Assembly: GCA_963664405.1 (NCBI GenBank)
Contig: OY761158.1
Coordinates: 4,128,001-4,192,000, forward strand
Source: Thermoanaerobaculia bacterium
Lineage (GTDB): Bacteria > Acidobacteriota > Thermoanaerobaculia > Multivoradales > Multivoraceae
Reading direction: 5' to 3'
DNA length: 64,000 bases
Shown piece after piece: positions 43,279-53,229 of the stretch. The notes under the pieces are model-generated. The model was not told the origin of the DNA, did no database searches, and saw nothing but the letters and a program-made list of their open reading frames with translations. Numbering within the stretch: the stretch's first letter is position 1; each line of letters starts with the position of its first letter. The translations under genes and the position numbers were made by a program.

Positions 43279-44033
43279 GCAAGGATATAGAACAGCTTGG
43301 TTAGAAAAAAGTCGGAGATGAGAATCGAGATCGCAGAGAGGACCACAGTATTGGTGGTGGCGCGGCCGACGCCGTCGGCGCCACCCCGAGCGTGAAGGCC
43401 GTTGTAGCAAGCGATGATGGCGATGAAGAAGGCGAAGAAGACCGACTTGCCCAGCCCACTGAAGATGTCTTGAAGGGTGAGGGCGTCAATCACGTCGTTC
43501 CAGTAGAGGCCGAAGGAGAGCTGGAGCTGGAAGACGGCGATAAACAGGCCGCCCAGGATGCCGAGAGCGTCGCCGATGACGGTGAGAATCGGGAGCATGA
43601 CCAGAGTGGCGGCTAGCTTTGGAGCTACCAATTTCTTCACCGGATCGGCCGCCATTGAACGTAGCGCTTCGATCTGCTCTGTCACTTTCATGGTGCCGAT
43701 CTCGGCGGTCATGCCGGCACCTATGCGTCCACCGACGATGAGCGCGATGAGGACGGGGCCCAGCTCGCGGGTCAGAGATTTCGAGACCACGGAGCCGATG
43801 TAGAACTTGACCCCGAGCTCGGGCAGGCTATAAGCGGTCTGAAGAGCGAGCACCATGCCGGTGAAGATGGTGGTTATGCCCGCCACGGCCACGGAGCGCA
43901 CGCCGAGAACCTCCATCTGGTGGATCCACGCGCGGCCTTCGTAGGGAGGAGAGACAACGGCCACGGTACCTCGCGCTGCGAGAAGCGCAAGGCCTCCGAC
44001 TTGGGCGAGAACCTCGACGATGCGGGCGAACAT
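43275..44033 (-). CDS. mlaE: MlaE ABC permease
   Basis: RELGPVL.ALIVGGR.GA..TAEIGTMKVTEQI.AL, GGADGVG.ATT..VV. Confidence 0.93.
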   Translation of the reverse strand: MFARIVEVLAQVGGLALLAARGTVAVVSPPYEGRAWIHQMEVLGVRSVAVAGITTIFTGMVLALQTAYSLPELGVKFYIGSVVSKSLTRELGPVLIALIVGGRIGAGMTAEIGTMKVTEQIEALRSMAADPVKKLVAPKLAATLVMLPILTVIGDALGILGGLFIAVFQLQLSFGLYWNDVIDALTLQDIFSGLGKSVFFAFFIAIIACYNGLHARGGADGVGRATTNTVVLSAISILISDFFLTKLFYILA

Positions 44034-44175
44034 AAGGAAGGTCCGCAGGTCGCGGTTGCCTGACCTGGCGGAGGGATTGGGCCCCCTCATCCTAGCAGGG
44101 CGCGGTGAGTCACTGAGGACTCGCCCTGTTGGACTGACGCGAGGCGCCGTAGGAGAATGGTTCGACGAGGGGCCC

Positions 44176-44955
44176 GTGCCAGACGAAGAAGATAACTCAG
44201 CCGCCGGAGGTTCAACTCAGATCGGTCGTTCAACGTGGTATGGGTTGACGGGGAACCTGTATCTGGTCTTTGGCAGCTTGGTCATGGCGGTTCTCACAAT
44301 CCTGGCGTCCTGGGTTGCTCCGCGAACGGATCTCACTTTCCGAGTGGCTCGGGCTTGGGCAAGGGGCCTCCTCTGGGCGAGCGGAGTGAGCATCGAGAGA
44401 GAGGGTCCCATCTCTGCGGGCGACGGCGGAAGTGTCGTTTTCATGGCGAATCACCAGAGTCTCTACGACATTCCCGCCATGTTGGTGACGGTGCCTACTC
44501 GCAGCTGCTTCTTGGCTAAGAAGAGTCTGTTCAAGATCCCAGTCTTCGGATGGTCGTTGGCCGCGGCAGGCTTCATTCCGATAGATCGCGAGGATCGAAG
44601 TCGGGCCCGTGAAGCGTTCGAGCTGGCGATGTCGACTCTAGGAGAAGGAACGTCTGTGATCGTCTTCCCCGAGGAGACACGCTCTCTCGATGGGCGACTT
44701 CAGCCGTTTCAGCGGGGTGGCTTCTTGATGGCGCTCAAGGCGCGAGCGGCGATCGTTCCGGTCGGGATCCAAGGCACCTTGACAGTGCGCTCTCGCGGCA
44801 GTTTGCGAGTCAATCCCGGTACGGTTAGGGTGCGTTTCGGAGAACCGGTGGACATCGAGAGCTTCGGGCTGCGGCACAAGAAAGAGTTGGTCGCGGCCAT
44901 CGAGGACAGAGTCTCAGCTCTAGCGGGTGCTCCCCGCTCGGCGACTGTGAGCTAG
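44176..44955 (+). CDS. 1-acyl-sn-glycerol-3-phosphate acyltransferase (PlsC family)
   Basis: NHQSLYD, FIPIDR, FPEETRS; start uncertain. Confidence 0.88.
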   Translation: MPDEEDNSAAGGSTQIGRSTWYGLTGNLYLVFGSLVMAVLTILASWVAPRTDLTFRVARAWARGLLWASGVSIEREGPISAGDGGSVVFMANHQSLYDIPAMLVTVPTRSCFLAKKSLFKIPVFGWSLAAAGFIPIDREDRSRAREAFELAMSTLGEGTSVIVFPEETRSLDGRLQPFQRGGFLMALKARAAIVPVGIQGTLTVRSRGSLRVNPGTVRVRFGEPVDIESFGLRHKKELVAAIEDRVSALAGAPRSATVS

Positions 44956-44999
44956 GATGCCCTCTCTCGAGGTATTTTTCTACTTGGAAGGAACTTAAT

Positions 45000-46091
45000 T
45001 TGAGCCCGGATCTTCAGCAGCAGGTATTGGAAAGTCTTCGCGGTGTCAGCTTTCCGGGAATGAGCCGGGACATCGTCTCCTTCGGATTCGTCGACACCAT
45101 CGACGTCGATCAGGGTCGAGTTAGAGTCAGACTGAAGATCCAGACGCAGAACCGCCAGGCGGTCGAAGAGGTGCGGGACAGGGCCGAGGCTGCGATCCGC
45201 GGTGTCCCCGGAGTCACCGAGGCCGAGGTTGTAGCGGAGATGGTGACCCCGCCGACTCCAGAACAGAGCGCAGCTCGTGCGATCGCTCGCGACCCCCGTC
45301 TCATTCCGGATGTGAAGAGGGTGATTGCGGTAGCGAGCGGCAAGGGCGGAGTGGGGAAGTCGACCGTTGCAGCCAATCTTGCCGTAGCGCTGAGTCAGCT
45401 CGGCCATTCCACCGGGCTTCTCGATGCCGACATCTATGGGCCTTCGGTTCCGATGATGATGGGTTTGGCGGGACAGCGGCCGCAGGTGGCAGACGGTGGC
45501 AATCGCTTGCGCCCGTTTTCCAAGTTCGACGTCATGATCATGTCGTTGGGCTTCATCCTCGACGAGGACACGCCGGTGATCTGGCGCGGACCGATGGTGA
45601 CGAAAGCCATCGAGCAGCTTCTAGGCGATGTCGAGTGGGGCAGCCTGGACTACCTCGTCGTCGATCTTCCGCCAGGTACCGGGGACGCCCAGCTCACCCT
45701 GACTCAGAAGGTTCCTCTGTCTGGAGCCGTGATCGTCACCACCCCACAGGATGTCGCGCTCATCGATGCCCGCAAGGGCTTGGCCATGTTCGAGAAGGTC
45801 AACGTTCCGGTGCTCGGGATCGTCGAGAACATGTCGTCTTTCGTTTGCCCCCGATGTGGAGAGGTGACCGACATCTTCAAGAAAGGTGGCGGCGAGCGCA
45901 CCGCCAAGGAGTTGGGGTGCGAATTTCTCGGTAGCATCCCGCTGGATCCCTCGATCGTAGTGTGTGGGGATGAGGGTCGTCCAATCACCGCCGCCGAGCC
46001 CGAAGGTGCCCACGGCGAGGCTTTTCGCTCATTGGGTCGGGCGGTTGTTCGAGCCGTGGCGGACGAGCGACCGACACTCACAATCCAATAG
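45000..46091 (+). CDS. Mrp/ApbC (NBP35) Fe-S carrier ATPase
   Basis: SGKGGVGKST, DADIYGPS, WRGPM, DLPPGTGD, ENMS..CPRC. Confidence 0.95.
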   Translation: MSPDLQQQVLESLRGVSFPGMSRDIVSFGFVDTIDVDQGRVRVRLKIQTQNRQAVEEVRDRAEAAIRGVPGVTEAEVVAEMVTPPTPEQSAARAIARDPRLIPDVKRVIAVASGKGGVGKSTVAANLAVALSQLGHSTGLLDADIYGPSVPMMMGLAGQRPQVADGGNRLRPFSKFDVMIMSLGFILDEDTPVIWRGPMVTKAIEQLLGDVEWGSLDYLVVDLPPGTGDAQLTLTQKVPLSGAVIVTTPQDVALIDARKGLAMFEKVNVPVLGIVENMSSFVCPRCGEVTDIFKKGGGERTAKELGCEFLGSIPLDPSIVVCGDEGRPITAAEPEGAHGEAFRSLGRAVVRAVADERPTLTIQ

Positions 46092-46099
46092 CGACAGAC

Positions 46100-46777
46100 G
46101 TGCCGATTGCTCTTCTCGCCGACGCGCATCTCGGTGGTCCGGGAGGGAGCGGTGATGAGCTCGGTGCCCAGCTCGAAGCTTTGAGCGTCGAATGCTGTGA
46201 ACGACTCGTCGTGCTCGGAGACCTCTTTCACGTCTGGGTCGGCTACCGACGTTACGAGACCGAAGAGCTGCGCCGACTCCTACCTGTAATTCAGAACCTT
46301 CGCAATCGAGGCGTCCCGGTGCACTACATCGAGGGCAACAGGGACTTCTACCTCGCGAGTGGCGACTATGCCTCATGCTTCGACTCGATCGGATACGAAT
46401 ATGCCTTTGTTTTCGACGGCGTGCGTTATCTGGCGGTCCATGGGGATGGGCTCAATGATCGGGATTGGCGGTATCGATTTTGGCGTCGGGCCTCCAAGAA
46501 CCCGCTGAGCCGCGTCGTGCTCAGGACCCTGCCGTTCCTGGGCAGTCGATTCTTGAATAGGACCGACAAGAGACTCTCGAACACCAACTTCGAGCACAAG
46601 AAAGAGATTCCCGAGGCTGTCATTCGTCGATATGCCGAGGTACGTCTGGCCGACGCCCATGACGTTCTTCTACTGGGTCACTTCCACGAGCCGCAACGCT
46701 GGAGCGTGACTGGGGGAGAGGTGCGAGTGATCGACGCTTGGTACCGGAGTCGTCAGTTGGAGTGGCTTTCACCATGA
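46100..46777 (+). CDS. lpxH: UDP-2,3-diacylglucosamine hydrolase-like metallophosphoesterase
   Basis: ADAHL, LGDLF, GNRDF, HGD, GHFH. Confidence 0.78.
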   Translation: MPIALLADAHLGGPGGSGDELGAQLEALSVECCERLVVLGDLFHVWVGYRRYETEELRRLLPVIQNLRNRGVPVHYIEGNRDFYLASGDYASCFDSIGYEYAFVFDGVRYLAVHGDGLNDRDWRYRFWRRASKNPLSRVVLRTLPFLGSRFLNRTDKRLSNTNFEHKKEIPEAVIRRYAEVRLADAHDVLLLGHFHEPQRWSVTGGEVRVIDAWYRSRQLEWLSP

Positions 46778-48066
46778 GCGATTCGAGCGAATCAGGCTCG
46801 GTGTTGGTGCGGTCGGGGCGAGTGGCCCGAGGTAGGGCTCGAGTACCGCCTTCAAAGAGCTACTCCAATCGATACCTCAATCTAGCCCTGGTTGGTGGTG
46901 AGGGGGTGCTGATCGAGCATCTCCTCGAAGCCGACGATACCCGGCACTTCTGCTCGGCTTTGGAGCTGATGGGCTTCGCCCTGTTGCAAGAAGAGAGCGG
47001 GCTTCGAGTGACCGCGCCTGGGAAGCTGGTCGAAGGACCGATCTCCTGTGGCAGCAGCGGTACGATGTTGCGATTCCTTACCGCGTCCCTATGCGTTGTG
47101 CCAGGGACCTGGGTTCTCGACGGAAGTCAGCGCCTCCAGGAGAGACCCCTGGGGCCTCTGTTGGCGACCTTGAGAGAATTGGGCGCGCGCATCCAGTGCC
47201 CGGCGCGAGAGGGCTTCGCCCCCCTGCTCATCGAAGGTGGGAGCCTCCTTGGTGGCGACGCCCACCTCGATGCGGGCGAGTCGAGTCAATATCTCTCGGC
47301 GATTCTGATGGCGGCAACCCGGGCGCCGAGAGGGTTACGCTTGACCGTGGACTCGCTGACTTCGTCCCCCTATCTCGAGATCACTCTTGACGCACTCGAA
47401 AGATTCGGTGTTCAAGTGGTGCACGAGGGCGGCCTTCGGAGTTTCGTCATCGAGCCTGGCTCGGAGCTCAGGGCGGCCCGCGTCTCGGTCGAGGGCGACT
47501 ACTCGGCGGCGGCCTATCCGGCGGGCGCCGCTGTCGTTACCGGTGGGGAGGTTGTATTAGAGGGGCTGACACAGGGCTCACCCCAGGGGGACGCGGGCTT
47601 TCTCGATCTGCTCCAGAAGATCGGTGCGACGGTGCAATGGCGAGGCGAAGAAGTGGTTGTCAGCGCCGGCCGCCTTCGCGCCGTGCAGGTGGCCCTTGAC
47701 GACATGCCGGATCAAGTTCCCACGCTAGCGGCGCTTGCACCCTTCCTCGAGGGTGTTACCGAGATCTCCAACGTGGCCCATCTTCGCATCAAGGAAAGCG
47801 ATCGATTGGCGGCGCTGGCCTTCGAGCTCGGCAGGCTTGGTGTACCTGTCGAGGAGCGCCCCGACGGCTTGGCAATCGAGGGGTGTTGGTACGACCGGGA
47901 GCCGCCCTCGCAGCCAGTGCTGGTGGGCTCTCACGACGATCATCGCATCGCCATGAGCATGGCTCTGGTGGGTCTTCGCCGACCTGGTGTCCGCATTGCC
48001 GACCCCGGAGTAGTAGCGAAGTCCTACCCCCGGTTCTGGCACGATCTCGAAGCCCTTCTGGAGTAG
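46774..48066 (+). CDS. aroA: EPSP synthase
   Basis: PPSKSYSNR, SGTMLRFL, SSQYLSA, EGDYS, LRIKESDR, DDHRIAM, KSYP.F. Confidence 0.96.
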   Translation: MSDSSESGSVLVRSGRVARGRARVPPSKSYSNRYLNLALVGGEGVLIEHLLEADDTRHFCSALELMGFALLQEESGLRVTAPGKLVEGPISCGSSGTMLRFLTASLCVVPGTWVLDGSQRLQERPLGPLLATLRELGARIQCPAREGFAPLLIEGGSLLGGDAHLDAGESSQYLSAILMAATRAPRGLRLTVDSLTSSPYLEITLDALERFGVQVVHEGGLRSFVIEPGSELRAARVSVEGDYSAAAYPAGAAVVTGGEVVLEGLTQGSPQGDAGFLDLLQKIGATVQWRGEEVVVSAGRLRAVQVALDDMPDQVPTLAALAPFLEGVTEISNVAHLRIKESDRLAALAFELGRLGVPVEERPDGLAIEGCWYDREPPSQPVLVGSHDDHRIAMSMALVGLRRPGVRIADPGVVAKSYPRFWHDLEALLE

Positions 48067-48141
48067 CCGAAGCCGGCTTCCTGTCTGGAATCTGTCGGAA
48101 CTGCATTTCTGCGGCGGTGCCGCGACCCTTGATCGGGTGAG

Positions 48142-51100
48142 TTGCCCAGTTCAGGCGTCAGCGAGAGAATTGAGCACCCGGTGCTCGGGCGCACAGCGGT
48201 CGAAGGTGCGAGACCGCTCAGCGATCGACAGCGGCTTGCGCTGGCGCTCGAGGGATGCGCCTTGCTGTCACACCTGGAGTGGGGCGGCTGGAGGCTGAGA
48301 GATGCCTGGCAGGGCTGGGGTGTAGACCCTGACGGCCGACTCGCGGGTGTCGGAGTAGAGATCGGAGCTTCACGGGCCTCGGTCTCGATGCTGATGATCG
48401 AGCTCTTGGAGCATCTCTTCGGTCCCGAAGTCTTGGGACCCGGTGAAGCTAGGGGGGCGGCACGTCGGCTGCTCGAGAGATGGCGCCACGAGCTGCTCCC
48501 GTTCTCGGCGGATGAGCACCTGTCGGAAGTCTTGGCGGCCGCCCCGTTTCTCAGAGGCAGTCGTTTTCGTCCGCATCTCGAGAGTATTCTCGGGAGCCAT
48601 CGGGTTGCGGGGGAGTGGCGGAGAAGAACGGCGGGCTTGGATCGCGAGACGCCACGGCTTGGAGCCGTCGGCGTAGAGGAAACGCTGCAGTGCCGAGGCA
48701 CTGCTGCGTTTGAGGTGCGTGAGGGCGAGTCGGAAGAGCCGGACCCGGGGGTCATGCGCTGGAGAGACTTCCGAGGCGCGGCCGGTCTCGGTGCCGGAGA
48801 ATTGGTACGAGCTGGACGGTTCGAAGCAGCTCTACGGGCCCTGAAATCTGTCGGTGGAGCTCCTTCATCAGAGCTGCTTCGCCTCGAGTGTCTGTGCCGT
48901 TTGGGCCGATGGCGCTCGGCGGCGGGCCGGGCGGCGGAGGTGGAGGTCCTCGAGCTGCCTCCAGAGGGAAGGGTGATCCTGGCGCATTGGGCGCTGCTGG
49001 CAATGCTCCACCTAGGTCGCTGGAGAACCGTGGAAAAGTGGGCGGCAAGTCTGGCGGCCACAGAAACTACTGGGTCTTCCTCGACGGCGATGGCCGCTTG
49101 GGCGCAGTGGGAGCTTGGAGAGAGCTTCTCGCCGCGAATCCATCGATCCACCGTTGCGGAGCCCGCGGATGCGTCGCTTGGCACGAGCTGCGTCCTCGAG
49201 AGAATGGTCGGGCGAGTATCCGAGCTCCGGCTCGGGCTGGATTGGTTGCTGTTGCGGCCTTCGCGCACTAAGAGTGGAGTATTCGAGCGTGGTCTGTTTT
49301 GGCGAGGCGCTGGGCGAGCACGGCTGGCAAGCAGCGAGCTGGAAGCGGCGGAGAGGTCCTTCGAGCAAGCCTGTCGCTGCTTTCGCAAATGTGACGGTCC
49401 TTCTTATCTGAGCTATGGCCTAACGGGGCTGGCCGAAGCGCGCCTCCGTCTCGGCAGAGTCGCCGGAGTGGCTCGAGTCGCGGAAGCTCTCGAGCGTCAT
49501 GCGCGAGGAAGTGGGGACCTCGAGGGCGAGCTTATCGCTGCTTCTCTGATGGCCCGTCTCCATCTCACTGTTGGCGATGCCGAGCGTGCCGTCGAAGTGG
49601 GCCGTCGTGCGCTCGCATCCCGTCCCGGCATGGGTCGGTACAGGGCGACCTGGGAGCTGCGGGTTCTGGTGGCGAGGGGCCTTGGTTGGATGGGGCAGGA
49701 GGCCGCCGCAGCCGACCAGTTGTCAGGATTGAACGGCGAGCCGAAGGGAGTGCTCGAGCCGGAGGAAGAGCCGTTCGTGTGGGCTCTCGCGAGGGACTGT
49801 GTGCGGGTCGAGCAGCGGCCCGAGGACCGCCGCCAAGAGAAAAGGTGGCTCGAAGTCCTAAGCGACGGGGCGCAGAGCGCGGAGGAGAGGGTGCACCGGC
49901 TGGACGGCTTTCGGCGTGCACGGCTGGTGTCGGATTTGTGTCGCCTCGAACGGGCGAGGGGTCTTTCCTGGGGGCTGAGAAGCGATGCTGCCGCGACGCT
50001 GAGGAGGGTTGGCGCCGTGTTTCACGCTCGTATCGTTGAAGGCTCGCTTCAGGGGCCGTGGGCTGCAGTCCGCCGATTTCTAGAGGTGACGACTGTCGGC
50101 GAGGAAGAGATTTCGCGGCTCTTTCGTGAGGCTGGCTATCCTGAGGCTTCCCTCGAGCTCGAGGCGGCCGACCGCGAGGTTACGGTTCTGGTTGCCGGTG
50201 AAGGAGGCGACGCCGAGCTCTCAACCGAGCTACCGGGTGGAAGATTGGTTTTGCGTTGTTCTCGGGCCGGCGAGGATCTACGTTGCCTTCTTCTCCTGGC
50301 TCTGCAGCGCCTGGAGGCTACGGTGGCACCCTCCGGCCCAGCCGACCGGGGCTCCCTTGTTGGTGAGAGCCCATCCTTCGAGGCAGCTCTCGATCGCCTC
50401 GAAAGGCTCGCGCCGTGCGGGCTACCGGTGCTCATTCTCGGCGAGACGGGAACCGGGAAGGAGCTTGCGGCACACCATGTGCATCGTTTGTCCCCACGGC
50501 GGGGAGGACCCCTCCTCGCGGTTAACTGCGCTGCCCTTTCGGACACTCTGATTCTCTCGGACCTCTTCGGGCATGCTCGGGGGGCTTTCACGGGTGCCGA
50601 CCGCGAGCGCGCCGGTGTCTTCGAATCTGCGAAGGGCGGCACTGTATTTCTCGACGAAATCGGCGATCTTCCGTTGGCGGCCCAGGGCTCCTTGCTGCGT
50701 GTCCTTCAAGAGGGCGAGGTGCGTCGGTTGGGCGAGAGTCGACCCCGTGCCGTCGATATCTCGGTGGTGGCGGCAACCCACCACGATCTCGAGCAGATGG
50801 TGGACGCAGGTCGCTTCCGCCAGGATCTCTATTATCGCCTTCGAGTCGCAGCGGTAACGCTGCCACCGTTGCGGATGCGAGGGGAAGACATCCTTGCCTT
50901 GGCGCGGCACTTTCTCAACGATTGTGGCGAGGGGCAGAGACTCGGGTCGGCGGCATGTGCGCGGCTCCTGAGTCACCCTTGGCGAGGTAATGTGAGGGAG
51001 CTGAAGAGTGTCCTTCAAGTCGCGTCCGCATTGTGCCCGGCGCAAGGAGAGATTGACGAGGGGCATCTGGACCTTCCGACGCCCTCCACCTCGCGGCATT

Positions 51101-51252
51101 CCTCCTACCACTTGGCCGTCGACTCGGAGAGGCGGCGAGTGGTGAGTGAGGCTCTCGAGCGCAGCGGCGGAAGTCGAGCGGAGGCGGCACGTCAGCTAGG
51201 CATCTCTCCGCAGGCTGTCTCTTATTTGGTCCGCCGACTCGACCTCTCCTAG
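48142..51252 (+). CDS. sigma54-dependent enhancer-binding protein with long helical N-terminus
   Basis: GETGTGKE, GAFTGA, FLDEIG, RFRQDLYYRL, WRGNVREL, Fis-type HTH; start uncertain. Confidence 0.88.
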   Translation: MPSSGVSERIEHPVLGRTAVEGARPLSDRQRLALALEGCALLSHLEWGGWRLRDAWQGWGVDPDGRLAGVGVEIGASRASVSMLMIELLEHLFGPEVLGPGEARGAARRLLERWRHELLPFSADEHLSEVLAAAPFLRGSRFRPHLESILGSHRVAGEWRRRTAGLDRETPRLGAVGVEETLQCRGTAAFEVREGESEEPDPGVMRWRDFRGAAGLGAGELVRAGRFEAALRALKSVGGAPSSELLRLECLCRLGRWRSAAGRAAEVEVLELPPEGRVILAHWALLAMLHLGRWRTVEKWAASLAATETTGSSSTAMAAWAQWELGESFSPRIHRSTVAEPADASLGTSCVLERMVGRVSELRLGLDWLLLRPSRTKSGVFERGLFWRGAGRARLASSELEAAERSFEQACRCFRKCDGPSYLSYGLTGLAEARLRLGRVAGVARVAEALERHARGSGDLEGELIAASLMARLHLTVGDAERAVEVGRRALASRPGMGRYRATWELRVLVARGLGWMGQEAAAADQLSGLNGEPKGVLEPEEEPFVWALARDCVRVEQRPEDRRQEKRWLEVLSDGAQSAEERVHRLDGFRRARLVSDLCRLERARGLSWGLRSDAAATLRRVGAVFHARIVEGSLQGPWAAVRRFLEVTTVGEEEISRLFREAGYPEASLELEAADREVTVLVAGEGGDAELSTELPGGRLVLRCSRAGEDLRCLLLLALQRLEATVAPSGPADRGSLVGESPSFEAALDRLERLAPCGLPVLILGETGTGKELAAHHVHRLSPRRGGPLLAVNCAALSDTLILSDLFGHARGAFTGADRERAGVFESAKGGTVFLDEIGDLPLAAQGSLLRVLQEGEVRRLGESRPRAVDISVVAATHHDLEQMVDAGRFRQDLYYRLRVAAVTLPPLRMRGEDILALARHFLNDCGEGQRLGSAACARLLSHPWRGNVRELKSVLQVASALCPAQGEIDEGHLDLPTPSTSRHSSYHLAVDSERRRVVSEALERSGGSRAEAARQLGISPQAVSYLVRRLDLS

Positions 51253-51391
51253 CACCAGCGTACCCCACAGCGGTCAAAGTTTGGTCGGAACAGGGCTAGA
51301 AATTGTCAGCGGTCGTTTTGCCAATGCTGCCGGACCTGCTAGAGTTCCAGTCGATCCTTTGGTTCAGCGCTGGGGAAAAGGGGGGCGCCTG

Positions 51392-51407
51392 TGGTATGAA
51401 ATTTGCA
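51392..51407 (+). promoter_or_regulatory. sigma54 -24/-12 promoter
   Basis: TGGTAT-GAAAT-TTGCA, with the exact GG-N10-GC spacing. Confidence 0.7.
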
Positions 51408-51420
51408 AGGAAATGGTTCG

Positions 51421-51966
51421 ATGACTAAAGCAATTCGTGCCCTCAAGAGCCGATCCAATCGGGGTTTTACCCTAGTCGAGTTACTTATCGTGGTGGCGAT
51501 CATCGGTATCGTTGCCGCGTTGCTCATCTCTAACCTGCTGGAAGCTCTCAACAAGGCCAAGCAGAAGCGCACCATGACGGATATCCGTCTCGGCGGCACT
51601 GCGTGGTTCTCTTGGATCACCGACCAGGTGAGCGCGGGAGCGGCGGGGGCGCCCGTCAGCAATTTCGACTGGTCCAACTTCGAGGAGATAATCTGGTCCG
51701 ACTTGGACGCCAAACTGGTGCCGACTTACGCGGCGTACATACCCGAAAGGGACGCTTGGGGTACTGGCTACGCCTATGGGAACACTCTCGACATGAACGA
51801 GCTGAGTCCCATCGCAATCCGGTCGTCGGGCGCCGATGGGGTGTTTTCCGGCGAGGAGTACACTCCAGGTCCATTTATCTCTACTGACTTCATCCAGGAC
51901 GTTGTTTGGGCGGGAGGCTACTTCATCAGATGGCCGCTCGGTTCCATTCAGGTCAACGGCGGCTGA
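51421..51966 (+). CDS. Type IV pilin / GspG-like prepilin
   Basis: G-FTLVELLIVVAIIGI class III signal; DAWG..Y and S.GADG GspG-like motifs. Confidence 0.88.
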   Translation: MTKAIRALKSRSNRGFTLVELLIVVAIIGIVAALLISNLLEALNKAKQKRTMTDIRLGGTAWFSWITDQVSAGAAGAPVSNFDWSNFEEIIWSDLDAKLVPTYAAYIPERDAWGTGYAYGNTLDMNELSPIAIRSSGADGVFSGEEYTPGPFISTDFIQDVVWAGGYFIRWPLGSIQVNGG

Positions 51967-52066
51967 AGATCGGCGTCTCTCCGCCTATCGAGAGAGACGC
52001 TACCGGGCCGCGAAGCACCTCTGTTTCGCGGTAGGCTCTGACTACCAAAAGCAGCGAGGTTTCTAT

Positions 52067-52540
52067 ATGGCGATTCAGATCGGTGATTCGGCTCCAGACT
52101 TTCGTCTTGCGACAGCAGGCTCGGCTGAGCCAATCAGTCTTTCCTCTTATCGCGGCGAAAAAAATGTTGTCATTCTGTTCTTTCCTCTTGCCTGGACCGG
52201 AGTCTGTACCACCGAGATGTGTACTGTTCGAGACTCGTTGGGGCGTTACGACGAGCTCGATGCACAGGTCCTCGGCATCAGCGTCGACAGTCCATTTGCG
52301 CTCAATGCTTGGGCCCAGGAGCAGGGCCTGACTTTTCCCCTGCTCTCGGATTTCAACCGTGAAGCGGCGGCGAGCTACGACGCACTCTACGACCAGCTTC
52401 TGGGCTTCAAAGGAGTCGCCAAGCGGGCGGCCTTTGTTGTCGATCGCGAGGGTGTTGTTCGCTACGCCGAAGTGCTCGAGAAAGCTAGTGACCTACCTGA
52501 TTTCACTGCCCTTCAGGAGTGCCTCTCAGCGATCAGCTGA
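52067..52540 (+). CDS. Peroxiredoxin (AhpE/BCP-like)
   Basis: GDSAPDF, FFPLAWTGVCTTE, FPLLSDF, RAAFVVD; RBS GAGG. Confidence 0.9.
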   Translation: MAIQIGDSAPDFRLATAGSAEPISLSSYRGEKNVVILFFPLAWTGVCTTEMCTVRDSLGRYDELDAQVLGISVDSPFALNAWAQEQGLTFPLLSDFNREAAASYDALYDQLLGFKGVAKRAAFVVDREGVVRYAEVLEKASDLPDFTALQECLSAIS

Positions 52541-52605
52541 GGCTGGGACTTCGTCGGCACGGCCGGGATCGTCGACATCCTGCCGGTGAAGTGAGGGTTT
52601 GAGTC

Positions 52606-53229
52606 GTGGTCTCAACTCGCAGGGGGAGGAAGCTCTACACCCTCTCCGAGGTCTCTGTTCGGACGGGTATTTCGATGCCCACTCTGCAGAGATATAAGAA
52701 GCTTTACCAGGCGCGCCTGCCGGCGGTCGGAGAGGGTCGGCGCCAGCGTTATCCAACGGAAGCACTAAAGGTCTTCCTGACCTTGAAGAAGGAGAGCGAC
52801 CGCCGGCGTGGTCGTTCGGGAAAGGCGCGAGCCTCGGCCGGTGCAGGCAGGAGCCTTTCCCGGGCAAAGGCCAAAGAGCGGCAGGCGCAAGACGAGGCAC
52901 CGCTGCTCACTCTGTTGCAAGTGGGCCAGATGACCGGGATCTCCTACCCTACGTTGCTCAGGTATGTGCGCCTTCACATCCACCAGATTCCCCATCACGG
53001 GTCGGGTCGTCGACGGCGCTATCGACCCGAGGCCGTAGCGGTGTTCCAGAGATTGCGAGAGCAGAGTCGGCGGGGCCGCCGCAGTGCGTCGAGTGCGACC
53101 GGGGTGACGGGGGGCAGCCTGGAAAAGCGCCTCGAGCGTTTGGAGAAGGGGCAGCGAGACCTCGCCCGTCAGCTTCGCGAGCTCGAGCGGGCGATCAGGC
53201 GTCCGCTCAAGATCACCCTTCAAAGGTAA
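52606..53229 (+). CDS. Tandem MerR-like HTH DNA-binding protein
   Basis: Two repeats TL..V...TGIS.PTL.RY...G.GRR.RY..EA..VF..L; coiled-coil C-terminus. Confidence 0.75.
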   Translation: MVSTRRGRKLYTLSEVSVRTGISMPTLQRYKKLYQARLPAVGEGRRQRYPTEALKVFLTLKKESDRRRGRSGKARASAGAGRSLSRAKAKERQAQDEAPLLTLLQVGQMTGISYPTLLRYVRLHIHQIPHHGSGRRRRYRPEAVAVFQRLREQSRRGRRSASSATGVTGGSLEKRLERLEKGQRDLARQLRELERAIRRPLKITLQR

